Of a stretch of 64,000 bases of DNA, positions 9,324-20,012 are shown piece by piece. A program made the translations under genes and the position numbers. Positions within the stretch are counted from its first letter, which is position 1; each line of letters starts with the position of its first letter. Source of the DNA: an uncultured Acidobacteriota bacterium (GTDB lineage Bacteria > Acidobacteriota > Vicinamibacteria > Vicinamibacterales > 2-12-FULL-66-21); assembly GCA_963748295.1 (NCBI GenBank), contig CAVVIH010000008.1:244438-308437 (forward strand), given 5' to 3'. The notes below the pieces were generated by a model that saw only the letters and a list, made by a program, of their open reading frames with translations, had not been told where the DNA came from and made no database searches.

Positions 9324-11930
9324 ATGACTCGCGTGAGAACGCTCGTTGCAATCGTCTTGCTCCTGTCGTACGGAGCCGTTGGCGCACGTCAACCTGCGGT
9401 GCGGACGTCCGTACCGCTGCCGGCGCCCGCCGCGCAGCTTGCCGAAGCGCTGGGACTGCCCACCGCCGATCGCAGCCGAATCGTCATCGACATCATCCGG
9501 CTGATCTTCGACAGCCCTGACGGCAACGACGCGAGCGACGGACGCCTGCGCACGCGGCTGAATAGCTTGATGCAGGCGGGCACTCCTGGTGAGACGGCGC
9601 CGCTGCCGCTCGATCCGTCGATCTGGCGCGACACGCTGCTCGTCCGCGACGTGCCCGATCAGGGCCTGTTCGCCGCTATCCTGTCGGACAGAAAGACCGC
9701 ACTCCTCTATCACGGGCTCGCCACGCTCGACGACGAGACGCTGGCGTGGCTCGGACCCGACCGGGCATTGCTCGCCGATCTCGTGCAGCACGCCGGCACG
9801 TTCGCGGCCTTCGCGCGCAGCCTCCATGTGAAGGGCGGACGCGTGCAGGTGCCCGGCGGTCCGGCAGGCGAGGCAGCCTGGACCGAAGTCATCGGCGTCT
9901 CGCCCGCGAACCCGTCCGACTTCACTCGCCGTCTGTTCTCACGCGCGGAAGGCCACCTCGCGTTCTTCTACGACACGGTCGCGCACCTCGACGAGGGATC
10001 GCGACTGTTTGCCATGGCGGGCGGCAAGGATCGCTTTCGCGCGCTCGAGCAGGTCTTCGAGCGAGCCTCGGTTGAGTTGAAGACGGACGAACGGCCGTTC
10101 TCGCGCCAGTTCATGGATCCAGCGCTGACCCTGACGGCGATCGACGTGTCGGCGGACGGCACACCCGCCGAGCCGATCGCCCGCGGGCTCTGGGAAGCTG
10201 TGTTCAAGGCCGACGACAAGCCGGACTACGAGTTCAAAGAAGCCACGCTGTCGAAGAACCCGGACACGGGCCCGATTGACGCCGCGTGGATCGCCTCGCG
10301 GATCCACAAGAACAGTTCGTCGGCGCGCCGGCGGCTGGATGCATTTCTGTTCGCGCAGCGCGTTTTCAGGAAGTTCGCACCCGGCGATACCGCGGCAGTG
10401 GCGACCGCGGTTCGCGGCGTGCTCTCGTTTCCCGCGCTGATGCTGGCCCTCGAACGCTCGGGCGTTCAGGCGCCCGGCGTCTATGCAGCGGCAGCGGCAC
10501 GCGCACACGCACTGAACGGCATCGGCGATCCGGGAGCGCGCCGGATCGCTGTCATGGAATATCAGGGCGCGCTCGCGATCGTCGAACGGATGGCGCAGAC
10601 CGGCGGCCTGTCAGCCGATCGGGCTTCCAGTCTCATCACGCTGCTGAACGCGATCGACTTCGCCGCCAACGACGGCACCGATCGCGTCGCCTCCTGGATC
10701 GTCGATCGGCTCGTGCCGGCGGTCGCCAGCCCGCCGGCCGGCAGCTCCATCGAGGCGTCAGTTCTATACGGGATGAGCGGCGGGCGATCGAGTGAACAGC
10801 CCCGGACCGTCGAGTGGGAGGGCGTCCAGTACCGCGTGAATTCCGCCGACGCGGAGTTCGCGCGCCTCCGTAACGTTCGCAGGCGTCAGGGCGCGCCGAC
10901 GCTCGATCAGGCGCTGGCGCCGTTCGCAGGAGTAGAGGTGAGTTCGGGGCCGGACAGAACGCGCCAGCGTGACGGGGGATTGAAGCTCGGTCAGGTGCTC
11001 ACTTCGATCGTGTATGCGGCCTATATCGGCGAGCCCGAAGGTACGGCGCTCGCCGCCGAAAACGTCGCGCTTCGCCACGACCTCGGTCTGGACAGCGGCG
11101 CCAGGCCGACTCCCCTCGCGGCGTGGCGCATCGCGGTGCCATCGGTCGGCGGGTCGAGCGGCTGGATGCTGCGCGGATCGCTGCTGGTCCTCGAGGCGCC
11201 GCTCGCGCATTTCGCGCTCAGGCGTCTGGACACCACCGTCATGCCGCCGGCGCCGAAACTCACATCGAACGAGCGTCACACAGCGGCGTTGACGGTCGCG
11301 CTCATGCGGCCGCAGGCGATGGACGACGCGGCGCGGGACAGGATCGTCGCGGCGCTCGAACGCGGGCGCGCGCGCCTCGCGGCGCTCAAGAGCAATCCTG
11401 CCGACCTCGAGGACTTCGCGCGCGACGCCGGCCTGAGCGAATGGCGGCGCCAGCAGCTCGCGTGGACGCTGGTGAACGATCCCGGACGGGTCGGCGAGCA
11501 GATCGCGCTGCTCGACCTGTTCTGGCTGGGAACTCCGGCGGGCTCGCCGCTCGCCGCGCTCGATCCGTGGGGCGCCGCTGGCCTGCCGCTCGAGGGCTGC
11601 CTGTGCCTGGCGATGCCGCGGCGCGCGCACTGGGAATCGCTGAGCGGCCGGCCCGCGGCCGGAATCCTGGCGACCCGCGGCGCCGACGTCGGCCTGCTGA
11701 TCGCGGAGGCGCTCGCGCATCTGCGCCTGCCCGCCTCGCTTGCTCCGGGCGTCGCCGCGTTCGCCATGCAGGACGTGCTCGATGCGACGCAACCGGCCTA
11801 CTTCGACGACTGGTCGCAGTTCGGCCGCGCCGCCACCACAATCCCCGCCGATCGCATCGTCGACTACGTCGCCGCGCTGACCGCCGGCGGTCCTCTCCTG
11901 CCGGTGACGGAGAACGGAAAGCACCCATGA
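9324..11930 (+). CDS. Hypothetical secreted protein, 868 aa, no family recognised
   Basis: This long ORF has the signal peptide MTRVRTLVAIVLLLSYGAVGA and non-repetitive, coding-like composition. Its stop overlaps the next gene's start (ATGA, 11927-11930). Confidence 0.7.
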   Translation: MTRVRTLVAIVLLLSYGAVGARQPAVRTSVPLPAPAAQLAEALGLPTADRSRIVIDIIRLIFDSPDGNDASDGRLRTRLNSLMQAGTPGETAPLPLDPSIWRDTLLVRDVPDQGLFAAILSDRKTALLYHGLATLDDETLAWLGPDRALLADLVQHAGTFAAFARSLHVKGGRVQVPGGPAGEAAWTEVIGVSPANPSDFTRRLFSRAEGHLAFFYDTVAHLDEGSRLFAMAGGKDRFRALEQVFERASVELKTDERPFSRQFMDPALTLTAIDVSADGTPAEPIARGLWEAVFKADDKPDYEFKEATLSKNPDTGPIDAAWIASRIHKNSSSARRRLDAFLFAQRVFRKFAPGDTAAVATAVRGVLSFPALMLALERSGVQAPGVYAAAAARAHALNGIGDPGARRIAVMEYQGALAIVERMAQTGGLSADRASSLITLLNAIDFAANDGTDRVASWIVDRLVPAVASPPAGSSIEASVLYGMSGGRSSEQPRTVEWEGVQYRVNSADAEFARLRNVRRRQGAPTLDQALAPFAGVEVSSGPDRTRQRDGGLKLGQVLTSIVYAAYIGEPEGTALAAENVALRHDLGLDSGARPTPLAAWRIAVPSVGGSSGWMLRGSLLVLEAPLAHFALRRLDTTVMPPAPKLTSNERHTAALTVALMRPQAMDDAARDRIVAALERGRARLAALKSNPADLEDFARDAGLSEWRRQQLAWTLVNDPGRVGEQIALLDLFWLGTPAGSPLAALDPWGAAGLPLEGCLCLAMPRRAHWESLSGRPAAGILATRGADVGLLIAEALAHLRLPASLAPGVAAFAMQDVLDATQPAYFDDWSQFGRAATTIPADRIVDYVAALTAGGPLLPVTENGKHP

Positions 11931-13096
11931 GCCGGGCCGGTTCGCGCACCTGGACACGCGCCGTCTTCCTGGCGCCCGTCGTGTGTGCCGCCGTGCTCAC
12001 CGCGCAGCAGCCGGGGACAACGGTGAAGATCGTCGCGCCGACGGAAGAAACGTATCTCAGCGGCCCGACCAGGCTGGTGGCACGGTTCGACCCGGCAACC
12101 GCCGCCCGCCAGGTCGAGCAGGTGACCTTCTTCGCCAACGGCAAGCAGGTCTGCCGGGTGGTGCGCGCGCCTTACGAGTGCGACTGGGACGCCGGCGATC
12201 GCATCAACGAAAACACCATCCGGGTCGTCGCGATCATGCGCGGCGCGACGTCGCTGGTTCACACGGTGCGGACCAAGGGCGTCGACTACGCGGAGTCGGT
12301 CGACGTCGACGTGATCCAGGTGACCGCGGTCGTCACCGACGGCGACGGCCGCTTCGTCAAGGGGCTGACGCAGGACGATTTCGTCCTCCTCGACGACGAC
12401 AAGCCGCAGCCGATCACGCATTTCGCCGCCGAGAACATCCCGCTCGAGATGGTGGCCGCGCTCGACGTCAGCTCCAGCATGGAGGCGGCGCTGCCGCTGG
12501 TGAAGAGCTCCGCGAAGAAGTTCCTGAGCGGCCTCGAGGAGAAGGATCAGGTCACGCTTCTGGCGTTCAACGACAACATCTTCGTGCTGGCGCGCCGCGC
12601 GACCAACCAGGCGGAGCGCGAACGCGTGATCGACACGATGGGATCGTGGGGCGGCACGTCGCTGCACGACGTGCTGATCAGGGCGACCGACATCCTCGGC
12701 CGGCAGTCGGGACGACGATCGATCGTGCTGTTCAGCGACGGCGACGATCAGAACAGCCACGCCAGCCTGGACGCGGCGATCGCACGGACCGAAGGCAGCG
12801 ACGCCACCATCTACGCGGTCGGCCTCGGACGCGCGGTGCAGAGCCGCGATCTGCAAAAGCTGATGTCGCGGATTGCGACGGTCAGCGGAGGCCGGGCGTT
12901 CTCCACCGACAATCCGGGCGAGCTGGACGAGATCTTTCAGCAGATTCTGGAGGACCTGCGCAACCAGTATCTGATCGCCTACCCGACGCCGAGCAGCGTG
13001 CGTGACGGCGTCTGGCACAACATCAAGGTGAAGACGAAGAACAACAAGTACAAAGTGCGCGCGCGCGAGGGCTACCGGCTGAGACCGCAGCAGTGA
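11927..13096 (+). CDS. VWA domain protein of the VWFA-related Acidobacterial-domain type
   Basis: An internal ATG at 11927 in ORF 11123..13096 gives MSRAGSRTWTRAVFLAPVVCAAVLTAQQ. The MIDAS-like motif is ALDVSSSM. The architecture matches TIGR03436-type proteins (VDVDVIQVTAVVTDGDGRFVKGLTQDDF...SDGDDQNS...GGRAF). Confidence 0.85.
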   Translation: MSRAGSRTWTRAVFLAPVVCAAVLTAQQPGTTVKIVAPTEETYLSGPTRLVARFDPATAARQVEQVTFFANGKQVCRVVRAPYECDWDAGDRINENTIRVVAIMRGATSLVHTVRTKGVDYAESVDVDVIQVTAVVTDGDGRFVKGLTQDDFVLLDDDKPQPITHFAAENIPLEMVAALDVSSSMEAALPLVKSSAKKFLSGLEEKDQVTLLAFNDNIFVLARRATNQAERERVIDTMGSWGGTSLHDVLIRATDILGRQSGRRSIVLFSDGDDQNSHASLDAAIARTEGSDATIYAVGLGRAVQSRDLQKLMSRIATVSGGRAFSTDNPGELDEIFQQILEDLRNQYLIAYPTPSSVRDGVWHNIKVKTKNNKYKVRAREGYRLRPQQ

Positions 13097-13110
13097 CCAA
13101 CGGGATTCCC

Positions 13111-15878
13111 ATGCAGAAGACCATCGTCCTCGCAGCCGGCTTTTCGCTCCTCATCGGCGCCGCGATTGCCGCGCAGGATCAGCAGCCGCCGACGTTCCGT
13201 ACGACCGTCGATCTCGTTCCGGTCGACGTCAGCATCCTCGATCGCACGGGCCGTCCGCTTCAGGGCCTCGAGGCGAAGGATTTCGTGCTCACCGTCGACG
13301 GCACGCCGCGCCGCGTCGTATCGGCCCAATACATCTCCTCGGTCCGCGACGCCGGACCGGCGCCCGCCACGCCCAGTCACTACAGCACCAATACGAGCGC
13401 GGTAGGCGGACGCATGATCATGATTGCCGTCGACCAGGCGAACATCGGCGCCGGACGCGGCCGCCTGGCGATGGAATCCGCGCGCAAGTTCGTCCAGCGC
13501 CTGTCCCGGCCGACCGCGTCGGCCTCGTGACGCTGCCGGGCGCCGGGCCGCAGATCGACTTCACCGCGAATCACGCCCTCGTGCACGCGATGCTCGGCCG
13601 CATCGTCGGGCAGGAGACCGGCTTCCAGGGCGCGTACCGCATCGGCATGCAGGAAGCGACCGACATCAATCGCGGCAACGCGCTGGTGCTCGGCGAGGTC
13701 GTCAACCGCGAGTGCGCGGGCCTGCGGGGCGTGGAGCTGGAGCTGTGCCGGCGCCAGATCACGACCGACGCGATGACGATGGTGACGCTCGGACGCGAAC
13801 GCGCGCGCAACTCGATGGCCGCGCTGAAGCAGCTGATCGACCGGATGGCGCTCACGCCGTCCCTGAAGACGATCATCTACGTCTCGGAAGGGCTCCTCAT
13901 CGATCGCGAGTTCTCGGACGTGACGTGGCTCGGCCCCGCCGCATCGCGCGCGCAGGTCGTCCTCTACGTCCTCCAGCTCGAAGCGCCGATGTTCGACGCG
14001 TCAATCGCGCGGCCGTCGCCGACCGCCAGCCAGGACAGGGCGCTCGCCGAGGAAGGCCTGGGCATGCTCGCCGGCATGACCCGCGGCACCGTGCTGCGCG
14101 TCGTCAGCAGCGCGGACACGGTATTCGAGCGGCTCGGGCTCGAGCTGTCGGGCTACTACCTTCTCAGCTTCGAACCCGAAGGCACCGACCGCGACGGCAA
14201 GGCGCACAAAATCGTCGTCAGCGTGCCGGCGCAGAAGGACGTCCTGATCCGAGCCCGCCGCGAGTTCGTGGTCAGCGCCGCGACGATGCGGACGGCGGAG
14301 GATCAACTGGCGGAGACGCTGCGCGCACCCTTGTTGTCGAGCGACATCGGATTGAAGTTGTCGACCTACACGCTGCGTGATGGTGGCAGCCAGAAGCTGC
14401 GCATTCTTCTCGCCGCCGAAATCGACCGGTCGAGAAACCCAACCGAGAAGATCTCGCTCGCCTACGTGTTGATGGATGCCAAGGGCGCGGTCATCGGCAG
14501 CCTGCTGGAGAGGGATGTGTCAACGCCGATTCGCGCGGCGTCACGGACGCAGGCGTTCGTCAGCACGGTCGGCGCCGACGCGCCGGGGATGTACACGCTG
14601 AAGGTCGCGGTGGTGGACGGCCGCGGCACCCGCGGCAGCGTGGAACACGTCTTCCGCGCACAACTGGCCAGCGCGGGGCAGGTGCGCGTGACCGATCTGC
14701 TGATCGGCGAGCAATCCGCGTCAGCCGGCCGTGTGCTGCCAACCGTTGTGGGCGAATTCTCGACCGACGTGCTGCACACATACGTGGAGCTCTATTCGGA
14801 CGCGGAAGAGGCGCTGAAGAATACGACCGTCGAGATGGAGGTTTCCTCGAGCGAAGAGGGGCGCACGATCGATCACGCGGCCGCGAGACTGGTGGCGCTG
14901 CCGGGCGACGGACCTGGCAAGCGCAGCGCCGAAGCGGTCGTGCCGATCGCGCTGCTGCCCCCAGGCGACTACGTGGCTCGCGCCGTCGTCAGCATCGGCG
15001 GCAAGCGTGCCGGCACAGTCGTGCGGCCTTTCACCATTTCAACAAACCGGACAGCGACGGAGCCCGCTCCGCTGACCGCGGCTACGTCGTCACGTCCGCT
15101 GATCGTCTTGAATTCGCGCATCGACTCGTTCGATCGCAAGGCCGTGCTGGCGCCCGACGTAGTCGGCTTCTTCATGGAGCGCATGAACTTCGGTCCGGGT
15201 GGGGCGCCGAACGCGCCTGTCGCGATCGAGCACGCCCGCGCCGGACGTTTCGAGGAAGCGATCGCCGCGCTCGAGGGAATCCAGAACAAGGGGGTGGCTA
15301 CGGCGTTCCTGACCGGCTTGTCGCTCTACGCCAAAGGGCAGCTCGACCCCGCCGCGAACAAGTTCCGCGAGGCGCTGAAGCTCGATGGGGAGTTCTTCCC
15401 GGCGGCGTTCTATCTTGGCTCGTGCTACGCCGCCGGGGGCCGGGACAAGCAGGCGGTCGGCGCGTGGCAAACGTCGCTCGTAACAGAAAGCGACGCCCCA
15501 TTCATCTACACGCTGCTGGCCGATGGGTTTTTCCGCCTCGGAGAACTGGTATCCGCCCTCAACATCCTGAAGGAAGCGAACACGCTCTGGCCGCAGAACG
15601 AGCAGGTGCTGCTGCGGCTCGGCACCGCATATGCGGCGGCGGGCAATCCCGCTGACGCACTCGGGATTCTCGAGCCGTATCTCGAACGGAATCCGACCGA
15701 CCATGAGCGGCTGTATGTCGCCCTGCAGGCACTCTATCGGGCCAAAGCCGCGGGCAAGTCGATCAAGTCTCCCGACGAGGACAAGGCGCTGTTCAACCGC
15801 TATGCGGCCGCATACAAGGCCGCAAAGGGCCCTCACGCCGAGATGGTCGAGGTCTGGCGCAAGGCGGTGTCGAAGTAA
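13111..15878 (+). pseudogene. VWFA-related Acidobacterial-domain protein with C-terminal TPR repeats; one frameshift as sequenced
   Basis: ORF 13093..13530 has a signal peptide MQKTIVLAAGFSLLIGAAIAAQ starting at ATG 13111. It joins ORF 13527..15878 across the C-run at 13505-13507. Adding one C restores ...FVQRLSPADRVGLVTLPGAGPQIDF... The C-terminal roughly 200 aa look TPR-like. Confidence 0.8.
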
Positions 15879-15942
15879 CGGACGCCGGGCGGTTTTACCC
15901 CCGGCCCGGCACACCTGTCTAACCCTTCGACAAAGGGGTTTT

Positions 15943-17583
15943 ATGCTTCGAGCCGTGTGCGCGTGCGCCGTCATCAGCGCCGTAGTCGTCACAGCCGCCG
16001 AAAAGCCGAGGTCCGCCGTTCCGGCGGACGCGGACGACCGCGCAATTGCGCACGTCCTGAACCGGCTTGGCTTCGGCCCGGCCCCCGGGGATCTGGAGCG
16101 CGTGCGCGGCATCGGGCTCGCCGCATACATCGAGCAGCAGCTGCACCCCGAACGCATCGCCGACGAGGGAATGGCGGCACGGCTCGAAGGCCTGCAGACG
16201 ATCGACAAGAGCGCGCGCCAGCTCGCGCAGGAGTACTACGTGCCCGCGCAGATGGAGCGTATCGCGCGGCAGAAGCAGGCGGCGCAGGACCCAGCGATGA
16301 CCACGCCGCCTCCGGCCGCTGCGCCGCCGACCGACGCCCAGCGAGGCGAACGGCAGATGATGGTGGACCTGTCCCACCAGAAGATCCTTCGCGCCGCTTA
16401 CAGCGAGCGCCAGCTCGAGGAAGTGCTCGTCGACTTCTGGTTCAACCACTTCAACGTGTTCGCCGGGAAGGGTGTCACGCGAATCTATCTTTCCGAGTAC
16501 GAGCGGGAGGCGATCAGGCCGCGCGTGCTCGGAAAGTTCGGGGATCTTCTGCAGGCCGTCGCCGAGAGCCCGGCGATGCTGTTCTACCTCGATAACTGGC
16601 AGAGCGCCGCGCCTGCGGAAGCGGCGATGACCGGCTCGCAGGCGCCCGGTCGCGGCCGCCCCGGCGCTCGACGCCGCGGCGGGATCAACCAGCCGCGCAC
16701 GCTCGCCGACATGCCGCAGGCAGCGCAGAACCGCCGCCCGCGGGGGCTCAACGAGAACTACGCGCGAGAGCTGATGGAGCTCCACACGCTGGGCGTCGAC
16801 GGCGGTTACACCCAGAAGGACGTGCAGGAGGTCGCGCGCGCGTTCACGGGGTGGACGATCGCCAACCCGCGCCAGGGCGGCAGCTTCACGTTCGAGCCGC
16901 GGATGCACGACAACGGCGAGAAGCTCGTGCTCGGCCGGAAGATCAAGGCCGGCGGCAAGAAGGACGGCGAGCAGGTGCTCGACATCCTTGCCTCCCATCC
17001 GTCCACCGCACGGCACATCGCGCTGAAGCTCGCACGGCGCTTCGTTTCGGACAATCCGCCCGCCGAACTCGTCGAGCGCGCGGCACAGCGCTTCCGCGAC
17101 ACGGACGGCGACATCCGCGAGGTGGTGCGCACGATCGTCACGTCGCCCGAATTCTTCGCGGCGGCGTCGTATCGCGCGAAGATCAAGACCCCCTTCGAAT
17201 TCGTCGTCAGCGCAGTCCGCGCGGCAAGAGTCGAGACCGTCAGCGTGCTGCCGTTCGTTCAGTCGCTGCGCGACCTCGGCATGCCGCTCTACATGTGCCA
17301 GCCGCCGACCGGCTACTCGGACAAGGCCGAAGCCTGGGTGAACACGGGCGCGCTCCTCAATCGCATGAACTTCGCGGTGGCCCTCACGAGCGGCCGGATG
17401 CGCGGTGGCCGCGGCCAGGCATCGCGCGCGGCGGATCGCGCGCAGGTTTCGTCCGACACGATCGCGAGCGCGGTCATGGCCGGCGACGTGTCTGAATCGA
17501 CGTCGGCAACCGTCGCAAAGGCGACGACCGCGCCACAGGCCGTCGCGTTGCTGCTCGGCTCACCGGAATTCCAGAAAAGGTAG
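15943..17583 (+). CDS. DUF1800 domain protein
   Basis: An internal ATG at 15943 in ORF 15631..17583 gives MLRAVCACAVISAVVV. Family-typical segments are HVLNRLGFGPAPGD, FWFNHFNV and NENYARELMELHTLGV. Confidence 0.85.
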   Translation: MLRAVCACAVISAVVVTAAEKPRSAVPADADDRAIAHVLNRLGFGPAPGDLERVRGIGLAAYIEQQLHPERIADEGMAARLEGLQTIDKSARQLAQEYYVPAQMERIARQKQAAQDPAMTTPPPAAAPPTDAQRGERQMMVDLSHQKILRAAYSERQLEEVLVDFWFNHFNVFAGKGVTRIYLSEYEREAIRPRVLGKFGDLLQAVAESPAMLFYLDNWQSAAPAEAAMTGSQAPGRGRPGARRRGGINQPRTLADMPQAAQNRRPRGLNENYARELMELHTLGVDGGYTQKDVQEVARAFTGWTIANPRQGGSFTFEPRMHDNGEKLVLGRKIKAGGKKDGEQVLDILASHPSTARHIALKLARRFVSDNPPAELVERAAQRFRDTDGDIREVVRTIVTSPEFFAAASYRAKIKTPFEFVVSAVRAARVETVSVLPFVQSLRDLGMPLYMCQPPTGYSDKAEAWVNTGALLNRMNFAVALTSGRMRGGRGQASRAADRAQVSSDTIASAVMAGDVSESTSATVAKATTAPQAVALLLGSPEFQKR

Positions 17584-17589
17584 GCGGCC

Positions 17590-18825
17590 ATGATCTCCCG
17601 ACGAGTGTTCCTGAAGAACGGCGGACTGGCGCTCGTCAGCCTCGGCTTCGCGCCGGAGTTCCTCGCGCGCACGGTGGCCGCGTCTCCGTCGAGACGCCGC
17701 GTCCTCGTCACGGTGTTTCAGCGGGGCGCCGTCGACGGACTCAACATGATCGTCCCGTTCGGCGACAGAGCGTATTACGCCGCGCGGCCGAGCATCGCCA
17801 TCGCGCGGCCGGGATCCGGTCCTGACGCCGCGCTCGATCTCGACGGCTTCTTCGGGATGCATCCGCGCCTCGCGCCGCTGAAGGCTTTCTTCGAGGCAAA
17901 GCAGCTGGCCATCGTCCATGCGAGCGGCTCGCATGACGAAACGCGCTCGCACTTCGACGCGCAGGACTACATGGAAAGCGCGACGCCGGGCGTCAAGAGC
18001 ACACCGGACGGATGGCTGAACCGCTATCTGCACGCGAAGGAGCACGAAAAGGCGACGCCGTTCAGAGCCGTGGCGCTCGCGCCGCAGCTGCCCCGCGCGC
18101 TGCAGGGACTGGCGCCGGCGCTCGCAATCGGGCAGATCAGCCAGTTCGGCATCCGCGCCGCGGGATCGTCCGACATGGTCCAGTCGTCGTTCGAAGCCGA
18201 GTACGCCGCGGCGGCGCAGGGCGTGCTGCACCAGACGGGCCGGGATGCGTTCGACGCGATTCGGATGCTCAAATCCGCGGATCCAGCGCGCTACGCGCCC
18301 GAAAACGGTGCGGAGTATCCTCGCTCCGCTTACGGAGACGCGTTGAAGCAGATCGCGCAGCTGATCAAGGCGGACGTCGGGCTCGAGGTCGCCTTCGCCG
18401 AATCCGGCAACTGGGACCACCACGTCAACGAGGGCGCGGCCGTCGGCCTGCTCGCCAACCGCCTCGACGACTTCGCCCGCGGCATCGCCGCGCTCGTCCG
18501 CGATCTCGGCGATCGCATGGCGGATGTCGTCATCATGACGATGTCGGAGTTCGGCCGTGCGGTGGCGGAGAACGGCAATCGCGGAACCGACCACGGCCAC
18601 GGCAACGCGATGATGGTGCTCGGCGGAAACGTGCGCGGCGGCAAGGTCTATGGCAGATGGCCCGGGCTTGCGCCCGAACAGCGATACGAAGGGCGCGACC
18701 TCGCGGTGACGACCGATTTCCGTGCAGTGTTCGCCGAGGTGGTCAAGGCGCACATGGGACTGCAAAACACGCAGCCCGTGTTCCCGGGCTTCAAGATGCC
18801 GGACGGGCTCGGCCTGATCGGCTGA
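17590..18825 (+). CDS. DUF1501 domain protein (sulfatase/alkaline-phosphatase-like fold) with a Tat-type signal
   Basis: The N-terminus is MISRRVFLKNGGLALVSLGF. Typical segments are GNWDHH and MSEFGRAVAENGNRGTDHGHG. The gene starts 7 nt after the DUF1800 gene, the usual pairing for these two families. Confidence 0.85.
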   Translation: MISRRVFLKNGGLALVSLGFAPEFLARTVAASPSRRRVLVTVFQRGAVDGLNMIVPFGDRAYYAARPSIAIARPGSGPDAALDLDGFFGMHPRLAPLKAFFEAKQLAIVHASGSHDETRSHFDAQDYMESATPGVKSTPDGWLNRYLHAKEHEKATPFRAVALAPQLPRALQGLAPALAIGQISQFGIRAAGSSDMVQSSFEAEYAAAAQGVLHQTGRDAFDAIRMLKSADPARYAPENGAEYPRSAYGDALKQIAQLIKADVGLEVAFAESGNWDHHVNEGAAVGLLANRLDDFARGIAALVRDLGDRMADVVIMTMSEFGRAVAENGNRGTDHGHGNAMMVLGGNVRGGKVYGRWPGLAPEQRYEGRDLAVTTDFRAVFAEVVKAHMGLQNTQPVFPGFKMPDGLGLIG

Positions 18826-18875
18826 ACTCCTGGTCCCCGGTCCCCGGCCCCCGGGCCCTGCGGTACACTCACCGA

Positions 18876-19997
18876 GTGCAAATCACCGACCTTCGCACGC
18901 CGTGCGTGCTCGTCGATCATCAGAGAGTCGAACGCAACATCGAACGGATGCAGGCCGCGGCGGATGCGCGCGGCATTCTGCTGCGGCCTCATGCGAAAAC
19001 CCACAAGTGCCCGGATCTCGCGCGCGTTCAGATTGGCCGCGGTGCGGTCGGCATCTGCTGCGCCAAACTCGGCGAGGCGGAGGTCTTCGCCGACGCGGGG
19101 ATCTCCGACATCCGTCTTCCCTATCCGCTGAACCCCGTCAACGCGGACCGTGTGCTGCGTCTCCTGGATCGCACGCACATTTCCTTCATCGTCGATCACA
19201 TGGACGTCGCGCGCGGCTGGTCCGAGGCGATGACGGCAGCCGGCCGCGAGGTCGACGTGCTCGTGAAGGTCGACGTCGGCTTCCACCGCTGCGGCATCGA
19301 TCCGCACGCGCCGGACGCCGCGGACTTCGTCGCCGGTGTTGCCGCGCTGCCGGGCCTGAACTTTCGCGGGCTGCTCAGCCACGCCGGCCATGCGTATGGC
19401 GCCAGCTCCGAGAGCGAAGCCGCCGCGTTCGCCGCCACCGAGGCGCAGATGCTGACCACGCTCGCAGAGGAAGTCAGGCGCAAGGGGGTCGAGGTTGCAG
19501 AATTGAGCGTTGGCGCGACGCCGACGGTGAGGTTCAGCCTCGAGCTGTCCGGCCTCACCGAGGTCAGGCCCGGGAACTATATCTACTTCGATCGCACGCA
19601 GGTCGGATTGGGTTCGGCCTCCTGGGACGACCTCGCGCTGACCGTGCTGGCCAGGGTGGTCGGACGGCCCGCCGCCGACCGAGTGATTCTCGACTGCGGC
19701 AGCAAGACGCTGACGACGGACCTCGCGCGCGGGTTCGGCAGCCATGCCGGCTACGGCGTGGTGTTCAAGAGCCTGGACGAAACGGCGCCCGACGACACGC
19801 TGGCGATCGAGCGGCTCTCAGAAGAGCATGCGAACGTGCGGGTGACGGGACAGTCGCCGCTGAAGCCCGGCGACCTCGTGCGCGTCGCGCCCAATCACTC
19901 GTGCGTCGTCTCGAACCTGGTGGACAGCATCTGGCTCGTCAACGAGCGCGATGTCGTCGACCGGCTCGAGATCGCGGCGCGCGGTCGCATCGCGTAG
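18876..19997 (+). CDS. D-TA family PLP-dependent enzyme (D-threonine aldolase / D-serine dehydratase-like, alanine-racemase fold)
   Basis: A GTG at 18876 within ORF 18012..19997 starts the homologous part (VQITDLRTPCVLVDHQRVERNIERM...). It has the PLP-lysine motif LRPHAKTHK. The upstream 288 aa of the tracked ORF are Arg-rich and overlap the DUF1501 gene out of frame. Confidence 0.8.
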   Translation: MQITDLRTPCVLVDHQRVERNIERMQAAADARGILLRPHAKTHKCPDLARVQIGRGAVGICCAKLGEAEVFADAGISDIRLPYPLNPVNADRVLRLLDRTHISFIVDHMDVARGWSEAMTAAGREVDVLVKVDVGFHRCGIDPHAPDAADFVAGVAALPGLNFRGLLSHAGHAYGASSESEAAAFAATEAQMLTTLAEEVRRKGVEVAELSVGATPTVRFSLELSGLTEVRPGNYIYFDRTQVGLGSASWDDLALTVLARVVGRPAADRVILDCGSKTLTTDLARGFGSHAGYGVVFKSLDETAPDDTLAIERLSEEHANVRVTGQSPLKPGDLVRVAPNHSCVVSNLVDSIWLVNERDVVDRLEIAARGRIA

Positions 19998-20012
19998 TAG
20001 AATGGGCGCCTC

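Noticed and set aside
18826-18875. GGTCCCC/GGCCCCC heptamer run between the DUF1501 and D-TA genes, considered as a terminator or G-quadruplex-type element.
   Set aside because: It has only 2-3 imperfect units, no convincing stem-loop and no T-tract. It is mentioned in the findings only as context.
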